Counted from the stretch's first letter, positions 1-14,169 are shown. The stretch is 64,000 bases of DNA from Bugula neritina (GCA_964035545.1 OZ037766.1:10344722-10408721), one strand, 5' to 3'. Notes: generated by a model from the sequence alone, not told the origin. Made by a program: numbers and translations.

Positions 1-2495
1 TGATGCAAATATTTTTATTTTCACCAGCATCATCCATATTTCTATTTCTAACATAATTATTATACATTCGAAATATTATATATGCATATATTGCCTGTCA
101 CAACTTTATTGTGCCAATATTTTTTACTTTTCAAATTCTGTTAAAGTTTGAGGTTCCCTTATATTATATTCTATGTATAGTAAATTTAAACCGTGATAAG
201 TTAATTATGGACGATAATTTTAAAATTTCCATTATATGTTAAAGCAGAGCATTTTTGTAAGAAATACAAATAATAATTTTCTGCTTTAATTACATACCAA
301 GTGAATGTTTACGGTTTTCTATTTTAGCATTCTGTCTTGCTATTTTAATTCTTTCTTCTATTGTCGGTCTTGAATCCATATATGCAATGCTCTACAAAAT
401 AAGAAAGTAGAAAATTCTTTTTGATATCTTTCTAAAAACTTTTGGATATCTAATTTATGTTAGTTGTAACAAATGAAAATTCACTGGGTGCACGCTAGGT
501 TTTAGATAAAGGAATTAATATAGATTTTATTGGCAAGTGATCCTAATTAAAATAATTTGAAACTTTTAGGTAAGCTGTATTTTTATTAAAAATAATCAAT
601 GTATAAATTTAAGCTAAAAGTAATTATTAGTTTAATGCTTTACCAAAGTCCATATCAACAAGCACAATGCTATGTTCATTTTTATTAAGTTGTGATAACC
701 TAAACACCGAAGCTGCTGAAAAATAGAGACGTTTACTTGAAGTATGCCTCAATTCGTAAAGTTTTGCCATTTATATACCAGAAGTGTTTGTTTTGCTTCA
801 ATGCTAAAAGATTAACAAGTTATTATGACTACATTGCTCAACAGATTATCTTTATGGGACTGCTATAACGAAGTCAATGGTCCATTAGCTTTAAATAACT
901 TGCTCAGTCACATTTCTTTAGGATAAGTTCTGTCAATTAGTAACCAGAATTTTTCAAATTATGTTAAGAAACCATGTTGAGTAGTACAACTTTAAAGTTA
1001 TTGAAGTAGATTAGGGTAATACATATATGACTAAAGCCCACAAAGAAGCATTGCAAATACATTATTATTATTATTAAGCTAAAGTCTAGTTGTAGCAATA
1101 TAGCTAATTCCAATGTTGAAAAGACTAGTTTACATATTTAAAACACTTTGTTCTGATTTTAAAAAATGATTGTGATTGCAATCAATGGATTAAAGAAATG
1201 AGTATTGGTATTGGTTGTTTCACATTTTCAAATAATAGACTTAGTTCTACACAGCTGGAAATAGTCTTGAAAGTTCTGTATTCATTATTATTGCTGCTAC
1301 CGGTACTTTGCAATAGTCCCTTATTTGATACGATAAAAACAAACTACAGTAAACTTTTTAGAGACAATAATAATGGATGAGAATAATTTAGCTATAACAT
1401 GTTTATAAGAAAATATTATTATATTTTAAATGCATGAAAATTTTTACATTAAATGCATATTATATTTATAAACAGCAGTCTTCTTGAAATTTGGTTTGTT
1501 TACAGGATGCATGAGTTTTCTAATTTTTATCATACAAATATTTTTAATGCCATTATTTTGGGTATCTCTTGGTTTACCTCTCGCACTTAATAATATTTTC
1601 GTCTAAATTTTGTTCCAATTAATACTGCTGATTCATCTTAAATGATAAGCTAATGGAATTTTAATGCCCAAGTAAGATGACGTGCATGCATCAATTGTTA
1701 GCAATGAGTTGCACCCTCAAATCAATTACTGGCTTCTTAAGGGGTAAGTGCCATTGCTGGTGGGCAGATTTCTTGCGTCAGGCTAATAGGCAGACACATT
1801 ATATATCTATTTAATACTAACTATAAGAACTATATAGAAGATACTTGTCAGCACATTAAGGATGAAGTGATGCTGTTAATGCAATTACTGTGTTATTTTA
1901 CAGAGTACACATATTATTTCAAGTATTTATATTAAACATTTGCTTGCATATTATTAAGATACCATTAAAAGTGCACTATTCTCATCTATAGACCCGCTTT
2001 GATATTATAAATTTTATTTGTGAAAATTTGTGAACCGTTTATTTGTGTTTCTGCAAAGAAAACTTGACAGCATAGAAAATAAAAAAAATCAAACTACAGC
2101 TTAATTGATATTATGTATAATATTGTAAAATAAAAAGATACTGCTTACACAATTTATGTCAATATTTTTCTAAAAGCAAAAAAAGTTAGAAAAAAAAGGT
2201 GCCAGTAGTTTAAATGGAAAGTTGCCACATAAGCAATCTACTCAAAAAAAAACAAATACCATGGAAAGAGTTAAAATTAACATTCTTCCTATTTGAAATA
2301 TAATCCTAAAAAATAAAACTAATAATATATTTTGACAGTTCTATAAGTTGTATGTTGAAATTCATGATTGTAATAACCTGCATGTGAATATTGTCTCTAA
2401 TACTCTAAAACTCAAAGATACTTAGAAATCATGCAATCCTTTTTATACCATTGGTTGAATAGTAGGTTTCACGATTGCCATTTTATAACTGTCCC

Positions 2496-3108
2496 TTAGT
2501 TTTGTGTTTTTCTATAAACACAATACCCTGCTACAGCTGCAGATGCAGCTGTGCAAACGAACATGGTTCCCCATTTCCAGTTTGTCAGCTCTGTTTGAGT
2601 GCCAGCGTTTCCTTTGCCTCGTTTTACATGCTGAGCAGTTTGCCGTGGACGACGCCTCCTCCTCATTTCCTGTACAAAAACCTTTAAATGCTCTGCAAAC
2701 ATAAATTATACAAATTGGTACTATAACATCAGACAACTTTTATTTTATTGCAAATAAAAAAGTTTTTCTGCATGTGCAACTGTATTTCAATTAAATAACA
2801 AATGATGTTTATAATATAAAAATGCTTTAGTTTGGTTTAATTAAAAATTGATTACATATATGATGGGAAGTATGTATATTATGTGTATACATCTTAATAT
2901 TTTGTTAATAAAGTTATAGAGAATTATATATAATTGGAAAAAACAATCTGAATATAAACTTAAAAAAAGATAATAATGCTAGTCTATTATAAATATTATA
3001 TATGTTAGTTTTAAAATATTCACCATCTGTTAATGCATAGGCTAAGTTTTTACAGCTTGCAGTTGTTGCAGCAATCAAGAACTCCCACAGTAATGGATCA
3101 CCTAGCAT
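2496..3108 (-). CDS. Candidate small orphan protein (~93 aa, 2 coding exons) with C-terminal hydrophobic segment and basic tail
   Basis: Exons 3108-3024 (ATG in AAAATG context, donor ATG|GTGAAT) and 2692-2496 (acceptor TTTGCAG) join in phase: MLGDPLLWEFLIAATTASCKNLAYALTD-E-HLKVFVQEMRRRRRPRQ...WKWGTMFVCTAASAAVAGYCVYRKTQN*. GC is higher than in the flanks. No family recognised. Confidence 0.45.
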
Positions 3109-4383
3109 TTTGTAATTACGTGTTTTTATCCAGAGATTTTCAGTCTATATATTTGAAGGGTCTTATGAAACTATCAACCCTAATAGCACAAAGAACGTTA
3201 CTCAATTGAAGGAGTCATGCCAATAATCTAACAAATTGAATAAAAGTTGCCAATACATAAAGTAAAAATGATTGTTAATACTCAACTGTATTATTACAAT
3301 TATGGTGCACATTGATGTAATCTGATATATATATATATTTATATAATGAGCCGACACCAGACACAAGATATATTATTTGCTTTTTTTGTAGATTTGGTTC
3401 ACAGAAGTATTTGTAGTTAGCCTACTAGAAAATATAGCATTACTAGCTGATAAATTTACTTTGTTTTTGATAGATAACATATTCCATGAATTTTTTAAAA
3501 TATGATTTGGTTAGTTCTTTGATTCAGCTGTATTTTGCAAACAAATTCAGGTGATAATGACTTGGAGGATATTCTAGAAAACAGCTGTGGATAAGATAAG
3601 TGTGTTTTGGTTCCATTTAATTATCTGCTTGATCTTGAAGTAACAATTAACACCATTATTTTTCCACAAGCTAGTAGTGGTTAATGTATGTAGTCCACTG
3701 CTATTACGGATCTGGTATACTTCCAATGTCTTCCCATTATAGTGTGGTAGTTCAGGCAGTAAAACTATCGACATATTACTTCCATGACCGTCACACATCT
3801 AATGTTTGTGAAGTGATATATTGTGTTGAAACTTGAAAAAAATACCATGTTAGTAACTGCATCTAATTACGCTGTATTTAAAATTTAACTATACAATGCT
3901 TTTTATGTGTGTTTTAGAAAAAAGTTGGATGCATAATTTTATGAAGCAGGGAATAACCAGAATTTTGAGTATCACAGCATACAGTTAAAGACACGCCAAA
4001 ATAGATTTTATGAAAAAGAAAATTTATAAGTCATGAATTTGAGAATTTTTACTAACACTTTAAAAATAATAACAAAGCTAACCGGAAAATAAAATGCATC
4101 ATTATATAAAAGTACAACATATACAACAAAAAATGCAACAATTTTGGTAAAAAAGTAAATACAATGCCAATGTAATGGCTATGTTACAGTATATATGTAA
4201 GCTATGGCTGATAGAAAGTTCTACTGCAAGTGCTGGAACAGATAGTGAACATCAACTACAGTTGTGTCTTAAATACAAATAAGATTATGAAAAAGAGATC
4301 ACTTTGTACATATAGCCTTAAAAATATCCACATGCAGCAGCCGCTATAGTTAACCAATAAAGTATCCTTTAATACTTGACACT

Positions 4384-7300
4384 TTATGAGTGTTTATGTG
4401 AGAAACTCTTGTAATACTTGGCAGGCAAGATACAATAAGTCATGATGAACTGTGAAAACTTAGACAGAATGATGAGCACGAGTGTAGTAACCAGTGTGAT
4501 AACGTAGTGACTAATACTTGTTCCAATGTCCAGCCAACTCCCATAGTCTTGTACCCACATGAAAAAATGCTGCAATATAAAAGCACTGCATTCTAGAAAT
4601 GCAAAGAATATTATTCCTGAGTACAAATAGTGTGTTGATAAAATCACACACATATGGATCACTTCACTTTATTTAGTACACACAGAATATCTTATTTTTT
4701 TGCCTCATCTCTAACATTCTAGCTGCTAATACATTTGTTTTTGCCGATATCCGATGACGTGTTAATAAAACCAACTAATTATATATTTTTTCAGTTTTGC
4801 TTTATTTTCTGTTAGAATTGCACATAGATAAACATAGGTTTTCCAATAATTTTGCAATGTGGTTTGTGAATCATGTTTAATTATAAAAAACTCATCTTTG
4901 AAGAGTAGTTTAACCCTGCCTACAACAACATTTTAATTTGATAATATGGCAAAGTTTGTTGCACTTGATTGGTACGGTCATTTTTCCTAGACATGAAATC
5001 AGCATATAAAATACTACCAAATGTAATACCTTTAATGAACTTTGAACCAATTTTAATTTTTAGTTTCAATTTGTCAACGTGTATTAAATGAAGTAAAAGG
5101 ACCCACATACGAAGTTAAATTAGGTAAGAATCGCCAAGGTTTAACTTTTTTACAATATATATATGTTGCTATAGCAACAAAATCAATAGAGGATCATTTA
5201 AAGAGAACAGCCGTCCCAATGAACTGCATTTATATCTGGTGAGTGACAACTCTTAGCCATCTTACCATGCCCATGAGGTCAGACATAAGGAGTATTATTA
5301 GGAACACCCCGTCTTGCTTAGTACCAGTCTGTGAGGTAATAACATGGAATCCACAGGCTACGACAATGAATGGGATAATCACCTACAGGATAAAGGGTAT
5401 AAAGATATGCATTTTCAAAAAACATAAGAAATAACACAATTAGGAGCAGTCGTGGTCTAGAGGGTTAGAACGTTTGGCTAGTAAGCAAAAAGTCATGGGT
5501 TAGAACCCCGAAAAAGGTAATTGGTGATGTTAGGAAGAGCATCCAGTCATAATTGCTTCTGTGCCTCATTTGAATAAGTCCTTAGCCTGATTTAATAAAA
5601 ACTTCTTCCACCGGGGGTTTCTCACAAGGATGGCGACTACAAACTCGCGTGAGTTTTTTATAAGAAATACCACAATACGATATACCAAAAGACTTGATCA
5701 AGAAGCAGACAGCAAAATATTGACATAAAGTCAAATAGTAGTTTTCTTTCAAACATTAGTTTTGATAGAATAAAAGTTTAGTAAATGAGAAAGAAACATA
5801 CTCACTTTAAGTAATAGCAGTGCCGCCATACTGAATGGATTGAATACGGTTAGGAAACAAAACATCGAAGCTGGCTCAAAGCTGCAAGGAAATCCCAAAT
5901 ATTAATAAATCATCAAATAGTAAATACTATAAATAGCACTTTGAATAAAAAGTGCCATCATAGATAGTAATTCCAGTTTAATTTTAAAAGGGATATTTGA
6001 TACAACATATTGATAATCTAATTAGGTCTAATTTTCTTCTAGAACTAAAAACAATGTAACCTCATAAAATGTAAGCAATAAATGTAGTGAAACAGATCTA
6101 TAAATTAAACACAACCCAACTTTACTAGCTTAGTACGGTTATGATTGTTTATTGCGACTGTTAGCTGTACTCTAGCTGCTAAGTCTTAGCATTTTGAATC
6201 ACAACGAATGCAGAGGAATCAACATTTCTGTTTTCAGTGGCAGTAAAGCCATGTTGTTTAGCATACTATGTAGTTTACATAGGAAAAAATAGAGTTTTTT
6301 TGCTTAAAGCATTTTCTAATATTTTATGCTTAAAACTGCTAACTAAACCATCTATCTACGAGAAAAATTGTCTAGTTAAGATAATGTATCGCATAGTATT
6401 ATAGATATATAGTTTAGCCACGCCTGCATATTACAGGTTACAGATTATATTATATATAAATACATCTATCAACAAGTTCCAGCCAGGTTGCTGATTGCAC
6501 CAATGATACCAAAGACAGCAATATATCCACGCAAGACCTTTCCTCACCTGTTGAGACTGGCAATGTTTCCTGTACCAAAGAATGCCAAAGTAATTGAGAG
6601 CAGATAAATAAAGGATGTCCTAACATCATCCATAGAGATTTGATGTTCAACTACCGACCGGCTTGTAAAGTCCACTGATAAACTCTAAGAAATGAGATTA
6701 GAATATCAAGGAGAGTTTTATTAAACTTTATTTTAAATGTGAAGATTTCAGCAAGTCCGGCATTACTCATGGAATGATTTGTAATATAAAAGTTAAACTT
6801 CTGCAAAAGATAATTCATTTCTCAAAGCCAGATAATCTAAACACAACATTTATGCATAAAAGTAAGAAATAAAATATAATTTTCCAGAAAAACATTGTTT
6901 AATCACTACTTCTAAACACTGCACTTCAAATTTCAAATTATCTATTACAATGTGATTTCTAGATATTGTGCCTGACTGCTTTCATTAACTACTTATATTC
7001 AAATTTAACCAGAAAGAGGCTGTGGAACAAAATATACCCTTAAGTCCTCAACATACAAAGGTAGATGTCAAAAGTCACTCACTGATAAATTGCTGTCGGA
7101 AAGTTCTTTTTTGTTCCAACAATATAGAAATAGAATGAGGCACAGGAGAAACCACAACTCATAGCTAAAAAGATACAGCAGCAAAATATTACATAGCAAA
7201 ACCTCCAAAAAATATCATTTTCTGTTGCATTAAATAGCAAAGTATAAACAATTATGCGCTTTAGTTTATGTCAAAAATAGTCTAGGCTACAGAATTACAC

Positions 7301-10300
7301 CACAACCAAACCTTGTTGACATGAGGAGGTAGAGAGTGAACAGTCCAGTAACCACAGTGGTGCCTCTAAGAGACAAAGCTTTCTCTTCTGCCAGTGGTAG
7401 TATCCATGTCAGTGCTAAAACATCACAGAACATACATTGAAATATGCTCTTTGGTGGAAAAGGCAAATAAACAAATAAAATCTTTAGAATTTAATATTTT
7501 CCATTGAAGTGTTAACTTACTCAGTATAATCCAGGATGCACATTGGGATAGAAGAGGCAGCCCCTGACCCATGTCGATGCTATTTGAGGTGTACATCACA
7601 ACCACATTAGCTAAAACCAACAGGAATGCCTAAAAAATCAAAGCCACCGCCATTACACCACACCACATACAGTCATTTAAATTTTTGAGCTGCAGGTAAA
7701 CCATCCACCAGTTCATCTGACTTTCCAAGACAAACTGTTTTACAACTAGTGGTACAAAAACCTATACCATATAACAATACTGTAAAGTTTTTATCTTAAT
7801 TTAAGCTGTTGCGTATTTGTTTTTTTACAATAAAAAACCATAATTTACATAAAATTATTGGCAAAACATTATGATATTTGATCAACAATTCATTGCTGTA
7901 TTTTTGGAAATTTTTTAAGAAGAATATTGATGACTTTCATACCATGGCTAACATTATATCCAATGATGAACGTACATATTTATAGAGACATACCTGAAAA
8001 TACTTCATCCTAGATTTGATATTAGTGAACAATAAGAGAATAGCTGAGAATATTCCACATGAGACTCTGTAACAGTATAACACGGAATTACAATTTACTT
8101 TGCAAAAAAATAGGAAATTCAAGCTTAAAACTAGAAATGTATTTTATACAAACTGAATAACAATTTTTAACCAAAGATCAATTTGCAAACAGCTGAAAAT
8201 AAAAACATGACTCTGATGCAAAAAGTTGGCAAATTTGTTTTGAAATGATGGCTGACGTGGTCTAGTTAAATGCTGGCAGATTCCTGCAGCAGACAATCAC
8301 AAAGTGAATCAAGCTTACACCATGTAGTAATTTGCCCCTCGGCCAACTGCAGGTAGCAGTGGAAAGACGGCCAACATTATACAAGAAAGTAGCCAATCAA
8401 ATCTCTTGTATTCTGTGACTGCGAGAACCAGCATTGCTAGCGATAGCATCCTCCGCTCAAAAAAGCTCAACACCTGACAAAAGCAGACAAATATGTACAT
8501 ATAAAGAGATGAGGTGCAGATGTGGTGTACAGGACTTGGACAACCAATGAAATTGAATGAACATCTAAACATCAGAAACTAAAGCTATGATAGAGAGTAT
8601 TGCTCAATAGCAGCAGCAAACGCTGACTTTTAGCAGTAGCCTAAACAAGACATAAACAAACTATGAATACTTCAGATATAAAAAGCTATACCAAAAGTTG
8701 CTTATTCTGATGTTAAAAATAATTCAAGAACAGAACTAGCTACGGTATTTATCAAACCCTCGACACAAATTAGTTGAAAGAAAAATTTGTGAAATATTTT
8801 AATAAAGTGTTTTAGAATTTAGAATATTTTAAACTAACCATAACTTCTATGCCAAGTATGACTAGTATTATTAAAAGGATATTTCGAGTGAGTTGAGGAT
8901 CTTTCAACCTGTCTTGTAAGAAGTGTATCAGTACATCTTTCTTCTCTATTATATATTGTATTGGGAAGGTTGGAACCAGACAGTATAGTATATGACTCGT
9001 AGGCATACCTAAAACTAATGAAAAAACCATTATAAATATATTTTTTATTCACATTTTAAAGAAAATTGATTACAGTCGTTGTTTGCTTGTTTAATGTCTT
9101 TACATTATATAATTGCTTAATATAATTGCTGTGCATGCATACAGGTGAATTAATTCCATAAAAAATTCAAAATGCTACATGTTTAAATGTAAAAATACTA
9201 CAAAAAAAGCGCTACGTATGAAGATCACTTACTATAAGCTAATAGTATAATAACAACCCTGAGGGCCCACCAAAGCTGAGGAGATATGAAATCACCATCA
9301 CCAACGTGAGAGTTCTGCAGAAACCTCTCTATTAAGAACACTAGTGTATAGACTATCCAGCCAGCAAATCCCAAAGTGATGCATGCCCTACGATAACATA
9401 ACATATGCTTGTACCAACACTATCTACAGTGCAAAGATAGTTGAGAGCAATTGAAGTGTTTTATAATCAACAAATGAACTGAAAAAAGTAGTTTCAGGAC
9501 CTTCTTACAGCATGTTGTATGGTAGATAAAAAATTTGACCTAGTACAGAATACTCATGCCAAAAAATTCGAACTGGAATGAAATTGGCTATAACTAAACA
9601 TTTTTAGCACTTTTCTGTATTTTAAAAACTTTTTAAAAATTAAATGTAGAAAATATAGGGAAAAAACAAATTCACATACTACTGCAAATCTATTGATTAG
9701 TCAAATGTAAAGTTTGACATTCATGAGAAATACAGAGTGGAGACAAGAAACATGTAAGAATGGTCATAGCCAGGCATGAACCTTATCAATATAAAATGAG
9801 CACCCGAATACTATGCAGTATGCATAGTATGCTACTCAACCAACTTATTGCTAGCTGGTGTAATATCAAAGGTTAAAATATCAGGTAACTAGATGACATA
9901 AAATTCAAAAGTTATAATTTTACAGAAATGGTTTATTGCTATAGGTACAGCGATAAAGATAGGACAATTACCCGAGAAACAACCTATCATACTTGTGGTA
10001 ATAGGTAATGCCATCCAATGCTAGCTCTATCAGTTGATCACAGCTAGCAATAGCTTTCTCATGCTGACCAGATTTGATAAGTGACGATATATCTCTCAAC
10101 ATAGAGACAGCCCCAGAAACCGAAAGACTGGCATACGGTCTAAACAACCAGGAGAATGTAGTCTTTCGCTTATTCTCTACACTTACCTAAAAAATTAACT
10201 AATACTTTTTATAGAGGAAACATAATTATGGCACCTATGTCATGCACCTACATAATATACAATAGATAACAAAACAGTAAGAAACTGGTTTGAAACTCCA

Positions 10301-13240
10301 ATTAAGTACACTATGAGCTCACTATATTGTCAGTGAAGAGGTTTTTCCCAAGTCCCTTTTACCAGATGTTATAAAATAAAGCTGAGCTGAAATTTACCTT
10401 AAACTGCTCAACTATTTGCCGAGTGTTTGTTAACTTTAGTTCTGCTTTATCAGCCACGCTAACTGAGAGTAAATCCGTGTGTAAATTTCCCTAAAACAAT
10501 ATAGCAAATCTTCAGTTTAAAGACACGATACCCGACTACATGAAATTAGCACACACTCACTTACTCACACACAGACACGCACACATATCGCATTGGCACT
10601 AGAAAATTAAAAGATCCTAGAAACACCCAACTAGCACCGTGATAAAATATGTAAATAAAAAATATAAGATTCCTTTAGGAATTCTAACCAATATTAAATT
10701 AACCATTTCTATAACCAAGATAGAAGCTATTATCAGCAAATAGTTAATAATATTACTAAAAAACACGCATTTATTAGAGTGAAGCTTCAAGACTAAAACT
10801 GACCACATTATTAACTGGGAAGCTAATTCCCAAAAGAGCCGACATGAAAGGTGCAATATCTGCCTGCAACATACTCATAGCAGCATTCATTGAGATTTCC
10901 TGTGATGTGAGGGACGCCACGCCAGCCCCCCATGCCACCATAGGTGTGAGGGTTTCATGATTGAGACCAGATCCGTGCGTTCCTACATTGTCAACATACT
11001 AAGGCTATACATACAAGATTATCTCATCTCTATCTACATATTGTAAATCAAAAAGTCAATGAATGAGTAAAATGCTACTGCCTCTCATTTTATATTTATT
11101 CTGATTTGTGCCTATAACTGTTTTAGTTTTGTCACAGCTTTTCCTTTGGATTTACTAAAAAATCTTTTCCAAATAGTATCACCAAGAGTTACCAGGTACA
11201 CTCTACACATGTGTATTTCTTACCCCAGGGAGTCATACCATGATCTGACGTCATGATATACGCAGTTCTATCATCACCATAGAAACTGTCTATTAAACTA
11301 GTGATTCTTCTAATTCCTAGAATAAATTAAATATATAAACACAGCAGTTTCAATTAGTAGAAACTAATTAGTGAATAATATAAAAATATTTAATTATATA
11401 AAACATAATGATGAATTACTACCATCATCAACTAGCTGCATATTGACATGGGTTTCATTGGAGAAAGGGTTGTACCGATGACCATTCATATCTATTCCTG
11501 GAAGATACACAAAGAACACAGTCTTGTCATGAGTCAGCTCATCAGTTAAAGTTACATTCAGCTGCGCACTCTGAAAAAATTCTTCCACCTAAAAATAAAA
11601 TTATCTATCATTTATGTTATAATATAGAATATAGATGATATTTCCATATTTATTCTATACTTAAATGGGTTTATAGTTGCTATTTCTGCGAAAACTCCTG
11701 ATGAAAAAGGTTCCTTTAAGCAGGCTAAATTTGATTGAGGCGAAAGAACAACTATGACTGGATGCTCTTTCTAACATCACCAATGACTTTTCCTGGGATT
11801 CAAACTACCGACCTTGTGATTACTAAGCCAGTGCTCTAACCTTTAACCCATGGCTGTTCTTATTTTCTTCTAAGATAGAGTACAAATTTTTCAAGTAGTA
11901 ACAGCGCTTACCACAATAAAAAATCGTATTGCTACTTTAAAATATTCTCGTAAGTCAGTAAAATAAAAAAATAGTCTAGATACCTGCTGAAACATAAAGT
12001 CTGTTTTAAGCTTGCATACAATGACAGTTCTGATACAACAAAATGCAAACATAGAAGAAAAGTTAGGAGCAAGTAAATGTTGAATCTGCTATACTGAACT
12101 AACTAACCTTTTCTATACACCATTTGTCTAAAACAGTGAGGTCTGATCCAGCAAAGTCGTGCAACTCTGTTGGATAATAAAACGGAATGATGTTGTTTTT
12201 AGAATTATCTAGAAAATAAAACAACAAATCCATTACAGAATATGGTACAACTGCCACATATTTATTGTTTCAAATAGCTCAACACAGTACCTGTAACTCA
12301 CCTTTAGTAAATATTTTTATTATATCAGGATTGCCGAAAGCCCAAGTCTTATAACTTTGATTAAATACCGAATCAAACTCAACAGGGTTTTCTTGCCAAC
12401 CTGCATTAAAATGAAAATTCTCACAAATTAGCCAAAACATCATAGTAACAAATGCACAATCAAATATGACAAAAAATAATTGTAATTTTGTAAATACAAA
12501 ATACCTTTGGCTACTGCACTAACATCTTCATAGAACCCAGCAATGATAGCCACATGTCCTGGTCTAGATTCAGTGGGCACCCTCGTATGGGAAACCCGCC
12601 ACGAACCACCCAATAAAGCCCTCTCTCTAAAATATTCAACTATGTTTTGCAGCAGCTACCAGTAGCCGCATTGTCATTTTATTGACTGTAAAGCACAATA
12701 AAATTAACTTTAATCGCCGACATACCCTAATGTTGAAAAAATTCAACTAGTAATCATAGAAAACTCTAAATTTTAGCCTAGACACGCACAATGCTTATGA
12801 AGGTTTCAAACTATGAATTTTAGCAAATAATATCGTGTCTAACAAATTTGATCAATTAAAAAATGTCTTCTTGCCCACATACAACATCATTCAATTGAAA
12901 AACATATGCCGATAATATGTTATTATAAAAGTAGTAAAACATTTGTATAAATTCATTAAGATAGTGAATTAGTTAATTAAGCCACATTACAGCACAAAAA
13001 TTACCTAACGAATGTCATTGTAGGATCATCAAAGCACTTGTCAGCTCTAAGCCCATCAGCTATAAACAGGACCAGCCTTTGTGCTGGTGACTTAGTTAAT
13101 TTTGGAGAATGATGCTCCATCCCATGGAGAAGTGGTGAAGTAAAGTATATATCAAATATTGATATAAGAAACACAGCATGTATGAATAAAGTCTGAATCA
13201 TAAAATATCCATAACCAGTAAACCTCTTAGATCTAGCCAT
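4384..13240 (-). CDS. PIGN: GPI ethanolamine phosphate transferase 1 (PIG-N/Mcd4), 20 coding exons, ~888 aa
   Basis: Motifs [82 protein letters not shown]. Exons: 13240-13005, 12626-12505, 12400-12302, 12208-12108, 11588-11423, 11316-11224, 10982-10804, 10490-10398, 10186-9972, 9387-9233, 9008-8839, 8473-8319, 8066-7994, 7629-7521, 7414-7312, 7164-7083, 6684-6548, 5881-5806, 5382-5266, 4569-4384. All GT-AG and phase-consistent (2667 nt). Confidence 0.97.
5441..5659 (+). mobile_element. tRNA-derived SINE, copy 1 (PIGN intron)
   Basis: A-box TGGTCTAGAGG, B-box-like GGTTAGAACCC, core GGAAGAGCATCCAGTCATAATTGC, T-rich end. 17-bp TSD ATAAGAAATA(A/C)CACAAT at 5424-5440 and 5660-5676. Homologous to copies 2-4. 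Confidence 0.9.
11660..11860 (-). mobile_element. tRNA-derived SINE, copy 2 (old, diverged; PIGN intron)
   Basis: Reverse-complement match to the family core (ATGACTGGATGCTCTTTCTAACATCACCAATG) plus a degraded tRNA head. TSD not recognisable, so ends are approximate. Confidence 0.8.
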
Positions 13241-14169
13241 AACACACCAACCAAATGGTTAGCACCTGCAAAATTTAGCTTAAATTAAAATTTGTTGCTT
13301 TTTTATAGAAAATATATACACATATTTCTCTACGATTCTACCTGTTCTAACTTTTTAGCAATTATTCACTATGTAGTTAATATATTATATGAAAAATATA
13401 AAAAACAGCTTCAACATAGAAAAACTTCAGCTTTTCACAACTACAGAATTAAACTAAGACCCAAGACTGTAATGCCATTTATTTGAGCTAAAATATAATT
13501 ATAATAGATTAGCATTTTTGTTATATATTCTAAATAATATATGCCAGCAACAACAGCTTTTCTCAAAATCAATGGCTTATAATGGGCCATAGTTCCATAA
13601 AAGAATACTTCAAAATAAAAGAAATTTGAAAAGATAACTCTTGCAAGCTAGCAAAAAGACTTCATATTCACTTTGTTATTGAGAATGCTCTTGAGTGAAA
13701 TGTGTCAGCTTTCATCTGCTTATGATGTACTATTAAATTCAAATTGGTTAATTATACCACCTCATCACACAAACTCAACCTAGCTATGTGCTAAAATCTC
13801 ATAAATTTCAGCTAAAAATTTAAAACTTGACTTGGCGACAAGCTAGAGTAAATTTATTCCAACATATGACAAATTCAAACAAAAACAACACAACAACAAG
13901 AGGGAGTCATGAATTTTGCGCCATTAGGTGTTACCGGATTGTTTTAATTTTTGTGAGGTGAACTATTAATAAATTATTATACCAGTCTAGAAAATGCTAT
14001 AAATGAACCCTAACGCTGAAATAAAGTTTATGTTTTTGAATTTAATTAATCAGATTGTTAACAATAATAGTGAGTTATTGTTAAGCTATAAGTTATTACC
14101 AACTACAAGCGAACAGGAAAATATAAATTGGATTTCAGTAAGATTGAAATCAGAACCAGAATGGTTTCA

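Noticed and set aside
3574-3798. 74-aa minus-strand ORF as an upstream exon of the orphan gene
   Set aside because: No convincing donor or stop-free in-phase connection to the 3144-3024 exon.
4909-5145. Possible piggyBac-like MITE (TTAACCCT...AAGGTTTAA)
   Set aside because: The inverted repeats are too degenerate to support.
10500-10650. (CA)-rich patch resembling Helentron/DINE-like elements (similar patch at ~38620-38750)
   Set aside because: No definable termini, hairpin or convincing second copy.
10920-10935. Apparent frameshift in the C-run of PIGN exon 7
   Set aside because: A recount gives six C, so the frame is intact (AWGAG).
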